A stretch of DNA of 64,000 nt, from contig CAWETI010000002.1 of NCBI GenBank assembly GCA_963812015.1, positions 960,001 through 1,024,000 of the forward strand, written 5' to 3'. Below are positions 30,673 through 40,421 of this stretch, one piece after another. The number at the start of each line of letters is the position of its first letter. The first letter of the stretch is position 1. The position numbers and the translations under genes are program-made. This DNA comes from an uncultured delta proteobacterium. Its GTDB lineage: Bacteria > Desulfobacterota > Desulfobaccia > Desulfobaccales > 0-14-0-80-60-11. The notes beneath the pieces are model-generated. The model was not told the DNA's origin and ran no database searches. It saw only the letters and a list, made by a program, of their open reading frames with translations.

Positions 30673-31539
30673 ATGAGCTTAAAAGAAAAGCTCGCCTCGC
30701 AAGAGTTCGTCATCCTGGCGGAGATGGAGCCCCCCAAAGGCGTCGACATTTCCGATATGGTAGCGAATGCCATGCGGGTGAAGGGGAAAGTGGATGCCTT
30801 CGTGGTTCCCGAGATGAGCAACGCGGTGATGCGGATGAGTTCTTTAGGGGGCTGCATGGTCCTGGCGAACAAAGGATTCGAGGCGGTGATGCAGACGTGT
30901 TGCCGGGACCGTAATCGTCTGGCTTTGCAAGCGGATTTATTGGCGGCCGCCGCCCTGGGGATTGCTAATGTCATGGCTGTGACCGGCGTGGACCCTAGTT
31001 ATGGCGATCACCATCGGGCCCGGGCCGTGCATGACATTGATCTGGTGGAATTTCTCAGCGCCATCCAGCAATTGCAAAATGGCAAAGATATGGCCGGGGT
31101 GGAACTGAAAGGGACGCCGCATTTTTGTGTGGGGTCAACGGCGAATGCCGGGGCCAGCGGCAGTTTGCTCGACCTGGAATTGGCGGAGATGGATAAAAAA
31201 ATTGCGGCGGGAGCAGAATTTTTTATTACGTCGCCGGTATTTGATCTCCAACCCCTGGCCAGATTTAAAAAACGGACCGCGGAAAAAAATGCCAAGATTC
31301 TGCCCACCGTACTCCTCCTCAAGTCGGTGGGCATGGCCCGTTACATAGATCGACATATGGATAATGTGAGTGTCCCCGATAATCTCATCGCTAGAATTCA
31401 AAAGGCCCCGGATAAAGCACGAGAGTGCGTCAGGGTAGCCTCCGAGTTGGTAGCTGCCATCAAAGATGCCGGCTACCAGGGAGTTCACATTGCCACCATC
31501 GGCTGGGAGGACAAACTTCCTAATATCTTAGGTGAGTGA
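30673..31539 (+). CDS. Methylenetetrahydrofolate reductase-like protein (divergent MetF paralogue)
   Basis: EMEPPKG, CRDRNRLALQADL, GDH, KKIAAGAEFFIT. Confidence 0.85.
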   Translation: MSLKEKLASQEFVILAEMEPPKGVDISDMVANAMRVKGKVDAFVVPEMSNAVMRMSSLGGCMVLANKGFEAVMQTCCRDRNRLALQADLLAAAALGIANVMAVTGVDPSYGDHHRARAVHDIDLVEFLSAIQQLQNGKDMAGVELKGTPHFCVGSTANAGASGSLLDLELAEMDKKIAAGAEFFITSPVFDLQPLARFKKRTAEKNAKILPTVLLLKSVGMARYIDRHMDNVSVPDNLIARIQKAPDKARECVRVASELVAAIKDAGYQGVHIATIGWEDKLPNILGE

Positions 31540-31545
31540 GGAGTT

Positions 31546-34500
31546 ATGGAAAGCCAGAAGATACATGCTGTTGGTTCAGTCATGGTCGTTGGCGGCGGAG
31601 TGGCCGGCATCCAAGCGTCGCTGGACTTGGCAAATTCAGGTTACTCTGTCTACCTGGTGGAAAAAGCCTCGGCCATCGGCGGTACGATGTCCCAACTGGA
31701 CAAGACCTTCCCTACCAATGATTGTGCTATGTGCATCATTTCCCCAAAATTGGTGGAATGCGGTAGTCATCCCAATATCCAACTGCTTACCTTAAGCGAA
31801 CTGACCGCTCTTGAAGGTGAGGCGGGAAACTTCAAAGCCACCGTGTTACAGCATCCCCGCTATATCGACCGGACAAAATGCACCGGTTGCGGGGAGTGTG
31901 CGTCGGCGTGCCCCGTGGTCCTGGCCAACGAATTCGATTGCGGCCTGTCCGCCAAGAAAGCGGCCTATAAACGCTATCCCCAAGCGGTTCCAGGAACTTT
32001 TGCCATTGACAAGCTGGACCGCGCTCCCTGTGTGACCACCTGTCCGGCTAATATTACCGTCCAGGGTTATGTCCAGCTCATCAAGATGGGGAAATACCCA
32101 GAGGCGGTGAAGCTCATCATGGAGGACCTGCCCTTGCCCGGAGTTTTGGGTCGGGTCTGCCCTCATCCTTGTGAATCCGCCTGCCGTCGTCAGGAGGTGG
32201 ACGAACCCATCGCCATTTGCAACCTGAAACGCTTCGCCGCGGATCAGGTTGATCTGGCCACCTTGTCTATCCCGGAAGTGCCCCAAAAAGATGACAAGGT
32301 GGCGATCATCGGTTCCGGTCCGGCCGGCCTGTCCTGCGCCTATCAACTGGCCCGCCGGGGCTATCAGGTGACGGTGTTTGAGGCCTTGCCGGTCACCGGC
32401 GGCATGATCCGGGTAGGCATTCCGGATTATCGCCTTCCCAAAAAAGTTCTGGATGACGAAGTCAACTACATTACCCGCTGGGGCGTGGAAATCAAGACCA
32501 ACACCGCCTTGGGACGGGACTTTTCCCTGGATGATCTGTTTGCCCAAGGATATAAGGCGGTGTTTTTGGGGCTGGGCTGCCACGTGGGCAGCGCCATGGG
32601 CATCCCGGGAGAAGACGCCGCCGGAGTGGTCCAGGGGGTCGATCTTTTGCGGAATCTGAATCTTGGCAAAAATCCCCCCATCGGCAAGAAAATGGTGGTC
32701 ATCGGCGGTGGCAACGTGGCCTTTGATGTGGCCCGGTCCGCAAAACGTTTGGGTTCCGAGGTGAGCATCCTCTACCGCCGCACCCGGGCCGAGATGCCCG
32801 CCAACGCCGAAGAAATCGAAGAAGCTGAATGCGAACATCTCCCCATTGAGTATCTGGTGGCCCCCAAGGAGGTGGTGGTCGCCAAGGGTAAAACGGTGGG
32901 CCTGAAATGTACCCGCATGGAGCTGGGTGAACCGGATGCATCCGGCCGCCGGCGGCCCATCGAGGTGCCGGGCTCGGAATTCGTGGTGGACTGCGACATG
33001 ATCGTCCCGGCCATCGGCCAAAAGGCTAATCTGAAGGGCCTGGAACGTACGGGTATCGCCACGACCAAATGGGGCACCCTCGAGGTCAACGAAATCACCT
33101 ATGAAACTTCCCGGCAGGGGGTTTTTGCCGCCGGGGATGTGCACACCGGGCCTTGGATTGCCATTGGCGCCGTGGCCGGCGGTAAAGAGGCGGCGGAATC
33201 CATTGACCGTTATCTGCAAGGGCAGGATTTGGCGGCTGGCCGGGGCTTGAGCGAAGAAACCAAGGCCATGCAGAACTGGGCGGATATCCCTCTCAATGAA
33301 GAGAAGAAGCCACGCCAGGTTATGCCCCAATTACCGCATGAGGTGTGTTGCACCTGCTTTGATGAGGTCAAGAAAGGATATTCCGAGGATCAGGCGAGGG
33401 CTGAGGCCGAGCGGTGCCTTAATTGCGGCATCTGTTCCGAATGTATGCAGTGCGTGGCGGCCTGCCCGGCCCAAGCAGTGACCCACGACCAGGAGCCCAT
33501 CACCCACAACCTCGAAGTGGGCTCGGTGATTCTGGCTACCGGGGCGCAGACGTTTGATCCCACCCAGATGCAGGGGGTTTACCTCTACGGCAAACATCCC
33601 AATGTGATTACCTCCCTGGAATTCGAGCGCATATTGAGCGCCTCCGGCCCCTTTCTGGGCCATATGGTGCGGCCCTCGGACAAAAGAGAGCCCCAGAAAA
33701 TCGCCTGGCTCCAGTGCGTGGGGTCCCGGAATACCAACCAGTGCAAGAACGGCTACTGTTCCGCGGTATGCTGTATGTATGCCATCAAAGAAGCCGTGGT
33801 GGCCAAGGAGCATAGCAAGGAGCCCTTGGAAACCACCATCTTCTATATGGACATGCGAACTTATGGGAAAGACTTTGAAAAATACTATAACCGGGCTGAA
33901 AAAGAGTACGGCGTGCACTTCGTCCGTTGCCGGGTGCACACCATCGATCCGGCTGAAAACGATGGGCTCAGAATCAAATATGTCAATGAGAGTGGGGAGC
34001 CCCAGTCGGAATACTTTGACCTGGTGGTCTTGTCCGTCGGACTGGAAGTTGATCCGGGTACCATAAATCTGGCCAAAAAATTGGGCCTGGACCTCGACAA
34101 ATATAACTTTGCCGTGACGGATGTGTTTGCGCCGGTGACCACTTCCCGGCCCGGGGTTTATACCTGCGGTCTGTTAAAAGAACCCAAAGATATTCCTTCG
34201 GCAGTAACCGAGGCCAGCGCCGCCGCCTGCGCCGCCAGCGTCGACCTGGCTGAGGCCAGGGGCACCCGGGTGCAGGTGCGGGAACTGCCGCCGGAACTGG
34301 ATGTCTCCGGACAACCTTCCCGTATCGGGGTCTTTGTGTGCAACTGCGGCATCAACATCTCCTCGGTGGTGGATGTCAAAGACGTTTCCCGTTATGCCGC
34401 GACCTTGCCCAATGTGGTCTTTACCGGAGAGAACCTCTTTACCTGCTCCCAGGATACCCAGGAGAAGATCCGTAAGGTCATCGAGGAAGAAAAACTCAAC

Positions 34501-35988
34501 CGGGTCGTGGTGGCGGCCTGCACCCCCCGCACCCATGAGCCCCTCTTCCAGGCTACCATCCGAAACAGCGGGCTCAACAAATATCTCTTTGAAATGGCCA
34601 ATATACGTGACCAGGACTCCTGGGTCCACCAACAAGAGCCCGTGGCGGCCACGGAAAAAGCTAAAGATCTGGTCCGCATGGCGGTGGGCCGGGCTAACCT
34701 GCTGAGGCCGCTCATTGAGCGTCCCCTGGAGATCAACCCCCGGGGTTTGATAATCGGCGGGGGCGTGGCGGGCCTGAATGCCGCCTTAAACCTGGCTAAC
34801 CAGGGTTTCGAAGCCATTATCGTGGAAAAAAACCCGGAACTGGGGGGACTGGCGCGCCGCGTGCAACATACCATCGAAGGCGTCGATGTGCAGGCCTACC
34901 TGGATAGCCTCATCAGACAGGTGAAGAGCCACGAAAAGATCCAGGTGTTGACCGAGGCTTTGGTGGTGGGATTCAAAGGCTTCAAAGGCAACTTCACCAC
35001 GGAAGTCCTGGTGGGGCCGGGCATGTACGGACGCAAAATCGAACACGGCGTGACCATCGTCGCCACCGGAGCCCGTGAATATCGGCCCAAGGAATATCTT
35101 TACGGCGATCATAAAAAGGTCATGACCCAACTGGAACTCGGTCAGGTCATGGAAGAACGGTCCAGGGATGTGGCGAAATGGAACCGGGTGGCCATGATCC
35201 AGTGTGTGGGGTCGCGCAATGAGGAAAATCCCAACTGTAGTCGAATCTGCTGCCAAAGTGCCGTAAAACATGCCCTGGGACTCAAAGAACTCAATCCGGA
35301 TATGGATATCATCATCCTCTATCGAGATATGCGGACGTATGGCCTGCTCGAGGATTATTATACCGCGGCCCGGAATGCCGGCATAATCTTCGCTCGTTTT
35401 GATCCGGAAAAAGCTCCTGAGTTAAAGGCCGATGGCGATGCACTCAGCGTTACCTTTATTGATCACGTCCTCCAGAAACCGGTCCGCATGGATCTGGATG
35501 CGTTCATTCTCAGTGCGGCAACCCTGGCGGAGGATACCGAAGAATTGGCCTCCTTCCTTAAAGTGCCGCGTAATGCCGACGGCTTTTTCATCGAGGCTCA
35601 TGCCAAGCTCAGGCCGGTGGATTTTGCTTCAGAGGGGATTTACCTCTGCGGTACGGCCCACAGCCCGAAGCTCATCGGCGAAAGCATCGCTCAGGCCCTG
35701 GCCGCGACGTCCCGGGCCGCGGCTTTCTTGTCAGCGACCAACCAAACCATTGGCGGCGTCGTGGCCCAGGTAATAAGGCCGGAACGATGCGCTGCCTGCC
35801 TGGTTTGCGTCAGGAGATGCCCGTATGGAGTGCCACAGATCAACCGGGAGGATGTCTCTGAAATCAACGAGGCCCTCTGCCAGGGATGCGGTATTTGTGC
35901 CTCGGAATGCCCGGTCAAGGCGATTCAGCTGGCCCATTATGACGATGACCAGATCATGGTCAAATTGGATGCCTTGATGGAGGCCTAA
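31546..35988 (+). CDS. hdrA: Large HdrA-like flavoprotein with inserted GltD-like NAD(P)H-binding module (HdrL type)
   Basis: GGGVAG, DKTFPTNDCAMC, ferredoxin motifs, GRVCPHPCESAC, IGSGPAG, GGGNVA, two QCVGSR/CSxxCC HdrA repeats, EAHAKLRPVD. Confidence 0.93.
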   Translation: MESQKIHAVGSVMVVGGGVAGIQASLDLANSGYSVYLVEKASAIGGTMSQLDKTFPTNDCAMCIISPKLVECGSHPNIQLLTLSELTALEGEAGNFKATVLQHPRYIDRTKCTGCGECASACPVVLANEFDCGLSAKKAAYKRYPQAVPGTFAIDKLDRAPCVTTCPANITVQGYVQLIKMGKYPEAVKLIMEDLPLPGVLGRVCPHPCESACRRQEVDEPIAICNLKRFAADQVDLATLSIPEVPQKDDKVAIIGSGPAGLSCAYQLARRGYQVTVFEALPVTGGMIRVGIPDYRLPKKVLDDEVNYITRWGVEIKTNTALGRDFSLDDLFAQGYKAVFLGLGCHVGSAMGIPGEDAAGVVQGVDLLRNLNLGKNPPIGKKMVVIGGGNVAFDVARSAKRLGSEVSILYRRTRAEMPANAEEIEEAECEHLPIEYLVAPKEVVVAKGKTVGLKCTRMELGEPDASGRRRPIEVPGSEFVVDCDMIVPAIGQKANLKGLERTGIATTKWGTLEVNEITYETSRQGVFAAGDVHTGPWIAIGAVAGGKEAAESIDRYLQGQDLAAGRGLSEETKAMQNWADIPLNEEKKPRQVMPQLPHEVCCTCFDEVKKGYSEDQARAEAERCLNCGICSECMQCVAACPAQAVTHDQEPITHNLEVGSVILATGAQTFDPTQMQGVYLYGKHPNVITSLEFERILSASGPFLGHMVRPSDKREPQKIAWLQCVGSRNTNQCKNGYCSAVCCMYAIKEAVVAKEHSKEPLETTIFYMDMRTYGKDFEKYYNRAEKEYGVHFVRCRVHTIDPAENDGLRIKYVNESGEPQSEYFDLVVLSVGLEVDPGTINLAKKLGLDLDKYNFAVTDVFAPVTTSRPGVYTCGLLKEPKDIPSAVTEASAAACAASVDLAEARGTRVQVRELPPELDVSGQPSRIGVFVCNCGINISSVVDVKDVSRYAATLPNVVFTGENLFTCSQDTQEKIRKVIEEEKLNRVVVAACTPRTHEPLFQATIRNSGLNKYLFEMANIRDQDSWVHQQEPVAATEKAKDLVRMAVGRANLLRPLIERPLEINPRGLIIGGGVAGLNAALNLANQGFEAIIVEKNPELGGLARRVQHTIEGVDVQAYLDSLIRQVKSHEKIQVLTEALVVGFKGFKGNFTTEVLVGPGMYGRKIEHGVTIVATGAREYRPKEYLYGDHKKVMTQLELGQVMEERSRDVAKWNRVAMIQCVGSRNEENPNCSRICCQSAVKHALGLKELNPDMDIIILYRDMRTYGLLEDYYTAARNAGIIFARFDPEKAPELKADGDALSVTFIDHVLQKPVRMDLDAFILSAATLAEDTEELASFLKVPRNADGFFIEAHAKLRPVDFASEGIYLCGTAHSPKLIGESIAQALAATSRAAAFLSATNQTIGGVVAQVIRPERCAACLVCVRRCPYGVPQINREDVSEINEALCQGCGICASECPVKAIQLAHYDDDQIMVKLDALMEA

Positions 35989-36101
35989 CCCAGTAAAGAA
36001 CGTCCGGTGTGAATGATTTTCGGGAACCAGGCTTTGAGATGTGGCATAAAGGCAGGTTATCACCAAGGTCTGATTCAGTGGGCCTGAGAAAGGAGTGTTC
36101 G

Positions 36102-36584
36102 ATGGAACAGTTTGAACCGGTCATTGTATCGTTTTGCTGTACTTACTGAGCGTATTCAGCTGCGGACCTGGCAGGTTCGATGAGATTACGCTACCCGACC
36201 AATATCCGGATCATCAAAGTTCCTTGTACGGGGCGGGTGGCGATTATCCATCTGCTCAAAGCCCTGGAAAAGGGAGCGGATGGAGTTTTCGTCGCCGGCT
36301 GTCTGGAGGGAGATTGTCACTTCCAGTCAGGCAATCTGCGGGCTAAGAAACGCGTGGCCTATGTCAAAAAACTTTTGGAAAGTATCGGCGTTGCAGGAGA
36401 CCGAATCGCCATGTATAACCTCTCGGCGGGTATGGGGCCACAATTCGCTGAAATTGCCCGGGAGATGACCGAAAAGATTCGGGAGTTGGGACCTTTCTTA
36501 AAAAACCAAGCGCCGGGGGCCAAACCTGCAGCGCCTAAGGGTGCACCGCAAGCTTCAGAGTCCGCCAGTCCTGGTGTGGCATAG
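36102..36584 (+). CDS. mvhD: MvhD [2Fe-2S] subunit, predicted selenoprotein (UGA at 36147-36149)
   Basis: RBS AAGGAG then MEQFEPVIVSFCCTY-UGA-AYSAADLAGSMRLRYP...VPCTGR...GCLEGDCHF; hairpin GACCT-GGC-AGGTT just after the UGA. Confidence 0.93.
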
Positions 36585-36596
36585 GAGGTTAGGATC

Positions 36597-37277
36597 ATGA
36601 TAATGGCCAAACCGAAGCCCATTGATGAGATCATAGGCTATATCGGTGACTTCGAAAAAATCCTGGTAGCCGGCTGCAACGGATGTGTGGCCGTATGCGA
36701 AGCCGGTGGCATGAAAGAGGCGGAGGTGCTGGCTTCAGCCCTGCGGATTTACTTCACCCAGCAAGGCAGGCAGATGAAGATCGATGAGCTCAGTCTGACC
36801 CGGCAGTGTGACAAAGAATACCTGGAAGAGCTCAAAGACAAAATTGACAATTACGATGCGGTGCTGACCCTGGCCTGCGGCGCCGGAGTGCAATTTTTAG
36901 CCGAAATGTACGGCGATAAATTCATCTTTCCGGGCGTTGACACGTGTTTTATCGGAGTTACCGAGGAGCAAGGCTATTGGACCGAGCGTTGTCAAGCCTG
37001 CGGCCAATGTGTCCTGGCCACTACCGGCGGCATCTGCCCCATAGTCCGTTGTTCCAAGCGCATGCTGAATGGTCCGTGCGGGGGCTCCGCTAACGGTAAA
37101 TGTGAACTGAGCGTGGTCGTCGGCCGTGACATCCCCTGCGGCTGGCATCTTATCTATGAGCGCCTGAAGAAACTTGGGCAGATCCAACGGTTTGCTCAAC
37201 CGGCAGGAGATAAAGACTGGATCCACAGCCGCGACGGCGGACCCCGAGAAATTATCAGGGAGGATGTGCGCCCATGA
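36597..37277 (+). CDS. metV: MetV (MTHFR C-terminal-domain Fe-S/Zn protein)
   Basis: GCNGCVAVC, RQCD, ACGAGVQ, CQACGQC, GGICPIVRCSKRMLNGPCGG, CGW. Confidence 0.9.
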   Translation: MIMAKPKPIDEIIGYIGDFEKILVAGCNGCVAVCEAGGMKEAEVLASALRIYFTQQGRQMKIDELSLTRQCDKEYLEELKDKIDNYDAVLTLACGAGVQFLAEMYGDKFIFPGVDTCFIGVTEEQGYWTERCQACGQCVLATTGGICPIVRCSKRMLNGPCGGSANGKCELSVVVGRDIPCGWHLIYERLKKLGQIQRFAQPAGDKDWIHSRDGGPREIIREDVRP

Positions 37278-38209
37278 ACACGAGTACTCCGAGTAAGTTA
37301 GAAAAGATCATCGCGGCGGGTCACTATGCCGTCACCTCGGAATGTGGTCCGCCTCGCCACGGTGGTCCCGAGGGCATTGAGAAAAAGGGCAAGATGATCG
37401 GCAATCATGTTGATGCCATCAATGTCACTGATAATCAAACCGCAGTGGTGCGTCAATGCAGTCTTGCCTGCTGCATCCGCCTCAAACTCATGGGGCTGGA
37501 GCCGGTGCTCCAGATGGTAACCCGGGATCGGAACCGCATCGCCATCCAGAGCGATCTCTTGGGGGCCACATCCTTTGGCATTCATAATATCCTTTGCCTT
37601 ACCGGCGACCACCAGCGGTTCGGCGATCACCCCAATGCCGCCAATGTCTTTGATATGGATTCCACCCGTTTGATTCAAACGGTTAAAATGATGCGTGATG
37701 AGGGCCGCTTGTTGGGAGGCTATGAAATGCCGGAGGGCAAGCCCCAAATGTTTATTGGGGCGGCCGAGAATCCCTTTGCCGACCCTTTTGAGATCCGGGT
37801 GCTGCGATTAGCCAAAAAGGTGGCGGCCGGAGCCCAGTTCATCCAGACCCAATGCATTTACAATATGGATAAGTTCAAGCTGTGGATGCAAATGGTGCGA
37901 GATCACGGACTCCTTGAAAAAGTGGCCATCTTGGCGGGCCTCACCCCCATGAAGAATGTGGGCATGGCCCGGTACATGAAGAACCGGGTGCCGGGGATGG
38001 ATGTTCCCGATACCATCGTCAAGCGTTTAGCCGGGGTCCCCAAGGAAAAACAGGCCGATGAAGGGATTACTATCTTACTGGAGCAAATTGAGGAACTGAA
38101 ACAAGTGGAAGGAATCAGGGGCTTCCATATCATGGCCATCGAATGGGAGGAAAAGGTTCCGGAAATAGTGGAAAGAGCGGGCCTCTACCCAAGACCTTCG
38201 GTGAACTGA
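37274..38209 (+). CDS. metF: Methylenetetrahydrofolate reductase
   Basis: ECGPP, NVTDNQ, RDRNRIAIQSD, LTGDH, KKVAAGAQFIQTQ; ATGA overlap with metV. Confidence 0.93.
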   Translation: MNTSTPSKLEKIIAAGHYAVTSECGPPRHGGPEGIEKKGKMIGNHVDAINVTDNQTAVVRQCSLACCIRLKLMGLEPVLQMVTRDRNRIAIQSDLLGATSFGIHNILCLTGDHQRFGDHPNAANVFDMDSTRLIQTVKMMRDEGRLLGGYEMPEGKPQMFIGAAENPFADPFEIRVLRLAKKVAAGAQFIQTQCIYNMDKFKLWMQMVRDHGLLEKVAILAGLTPMKNVGMARYMKNRVPGMDVPDTIVKRLAGVPKEKQADEGITILLEQIEELKQVEGIRGFHIMAIEWEEKVPEIVERAGLYPRPSVN

Positions 38210-38404
38210 TAAGCATAAGGCGTCGGATAATCATCGCATCTCTTGAGCCAGGCACGCTTAAATCTAAGGCTTGCAGGGTTTTACATTTGATAGTATAAAG
38301 TATTGGCCATGGGGAACCTTTGCGCTCGGATACCGGTGAAGGCCGACGGTTAACCGAAGCGCTCATAATGCCTAATTTTTCCATACACCTCGGGAGGTAA
38401 GGAA

Positions 38405-38788
38405 ATGTCGAAAAAATATGTGCTGGTGGTTGATGATGATCCTGATCTGGTAGAAACGGTTGGCCTTATGTTGGAAAGTAACAATTTTGAGGTGGGGAAA
38501 GCCTATGACGGCATCGAGGCGGAAGAGTCGATTAAAACCCGCCGTCCCGACCTCTTGATCCTCGACGTCATGATGCCGCGTAAAGACGGTTATAAGCTGT
38601 GCGCCGAATTGAAAAAAGCCCCCGCCACCAAGGGTATTCCTGTCATTATGCTCACCGCCGTAGGTGAGGCGGTCAGCACGACTTCGTATAGCCACGCTGA
38701 AGGTATGTCCATGGAGGCTGAGGATTATATTGAAAAGCCTGTGGATACCAAAAAACTTCTCGAATCGGTACGCAGCTTTTTCGTCTAA
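38405..38788 (+). CDS. Stand-alone response regulator receiver
   Basis: VVDDD, LDVMMP, MLTA, EKPVD. Confidence 0.92.
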   Translation: MSKKYVLVVDDDPDLVETVGLMLESNNFEVGKAYDGIEAEESIKTRRPDLLILDVMMPRKDGYKLCAELKKAPATKGIPVIMLTAVGEAVSTTSYSHAEGMSMEAEDYIEKPVDTKKLLESVRSFFV

Positions 38789-39189
38789 CCGTCAGGGAGC
38801 AATAAGGAATTTTCCTCGCAGACCATCTGAGCTATCGGCTACGGAGAGGCGGGATAAACCTGGCCGGCTAAAAAGCTGACCGGCCTCTTTCCCCCGCTCC
38901 AATACCCACTAGACAATCGGTTCCTGAAAGGTGTGTCCATGCCCAATTTTCAGGACGTGAAGACCCAATCAGAGGCTGGGGGTGGGAGTTTCAGGGAGGG
39001 GGCAGGGGCTTGCGGCCCTTGCCCCCTCTTGTATCTGGGAGGCAGTTCTCAGTGCCCCCGGAAACCCAAGGGCACTCCCCTTTGGGCGGCGTTGTCCCAG
39101 ACCGTCTCCTCACCGGGTCGATGAGACCGCTTCTGAGCCGGGTCGCCACACCGGACTGCTTTCATCCCGAACAGTCGCAAGGGCTTCTC

Positions 39190-39321
39190 AGCAGACTGTT
39201 GAAAAACCGGCTATTTTGTCATCTTGAGCGCCGCCCATAACCTCATCTCTATAAAAATACGAGATTATTCGCTCCGCTCCGAATGGCCACCGGGGAAATT
39301 GAAGTTTTTCAACAACCTGCT
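39190..39321. mobile_element. MITE-like element with 18-bp terminal inverted repeats
   Basis: agcagactgttgaaaaac (39190-39207) / gtttttcaacaacctgct (39304-39321), 2 mismatches, non-coding interior. Confidence 0.65.
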
Positions 39322-39352
39322 ATGACCAGGCCCATTAAGGGTTGTTGAGGCC

Positions 39353-40366
39353 ATGACAAAAATCAGGCTGGGAGGGATTAAGGTCTTCGACCGGTGCGTT
39401 CCGGTATCCGAGTTACGGCATAACGGCGAAATTTCCCTAGCCGATAGGTGCTCCAAGCTGGCAGCCCAGCGGATCAATATTATCCTTCTTATGCATGTCA
39501 CGGCCAGTGCAGGCGGAAATTCTCACACTTCTCTCTGTACCGAAGCCCCCGGTAAGGTGCTTGCCACTCATTCTCCCAAGCAGGCCGCTCAGGAAGGGGT
39601 GGGCAATTTCGATAAACAGGCGGAATGCGCCATTGTTGCCGTATATCCTTATGACCGGCGCCTCGATATCCTGGGGGCCTTGCTGCAACTTCTGGGGAGA
39701 AAGCGCATCCGCCCATTAGGCTTGGCCAGTTCAACTTCAGCAGTCTGTGCTTTGGTTCCTGCTCCGGATAAGACCAGGCTTATCGACGGCCTGTTTGAAC
39801 CTTTTGAGTTTCCTGCTTATTCAGCCCCCAGCGACTGGCATGCCGCCTATATCGGCAAGCAACAGGTGCTCCGGGAAATAATCTGTTCTTATGAAGAAAA
39901 GATCATAAAAGTTTATAATCTAATCCGCGTTCTTGAACTGGAACTCTGGCGGGTGATGTTGCCGGCCTCGTATCTGGAAAGGTTCGGATCGGCCTTGACC
40001 GCGCTCCATGATCTGGGAGTAACCATACCCTTTTTAACAGCCCAATTCGATGGCCAAAGCATGCTAAACTTTGCCTTCTGTCTCAGTGGCGCCCACTCTC
40101 AGGAGGCCACCCGGATATTTGCTAATTATTTGGCTGAGCTTCCTGCGAGGCGCCAGGTTGATGTCTCCGCCTTTTTCGTGCATGGTCCTCATTTCGGTGA
40201 TCGTTATGGCATCATTCATAAGCTCCTGAACAGCCTGAGGCATGCCGCGGTAACTCCGCTGGCCGTCTCTTGTGCAGTCTCCTCCATCTCCGTCGTGGTT
40301 CCTGCCGGGGATTTGACCACGGCCATCCAATCATTGCACGGCAGCTTTCAGATCCCTGAGGATTGA
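39353..40366 (+). CDS. Uncharacterised protein with tandem ACT-like domains (paralogue 1)
   Basis: KIRLGGIK, AVYPYD, GLASSTS, YEEKIIKVY, HGPHFGDRYGI, SCAVSSISVVV. Confidence 0.7.
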   Translation: MTKIRLGGIKVFDRCVPVSELRHNGEISLADRCSKLAAQRINIILLMHVTASAGGNSHTSLCTEAPGKVLATHSPKQAAQEGVGNFDKQAECAIVAVYPYDRRLDILGALLQLLGRKRIRPLGLASSTSAVCALVPAPDKTRLIDGLFEPFEFPAYSAPSDWHAAYIGKQQVLREIICSYEEKIIKVYNLIRVLELELWRVMLPASYLERFGSALTALHDLGVTIPFLTAQFDGQSMLNFAFCLSGAHSQEATRIFANYLAELPARRQVDVSAFFVHGPHFGDRYGIIHKLLNSLRHAAVTPLAVSCAVSSISVVVPAGDLTTAIQSLHGSFQIPED

Positions 40367-40421
40367 CAGGAAAGGGCAAGCCCTTACCAAAGGAAAGACA
40401 GAAGCCCCTAAGGACTAAAGC

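Noticed and set aside
31546..35988. Selenocysteine in HdrA
   Set aside because: The ORF is uninterrupted, has Cys in NDCAMC and ends in TAA
36134..36346. 70-aa ORF in the track
   Set aside because: Out-of-frame overlap with the Sec-containing mvhD
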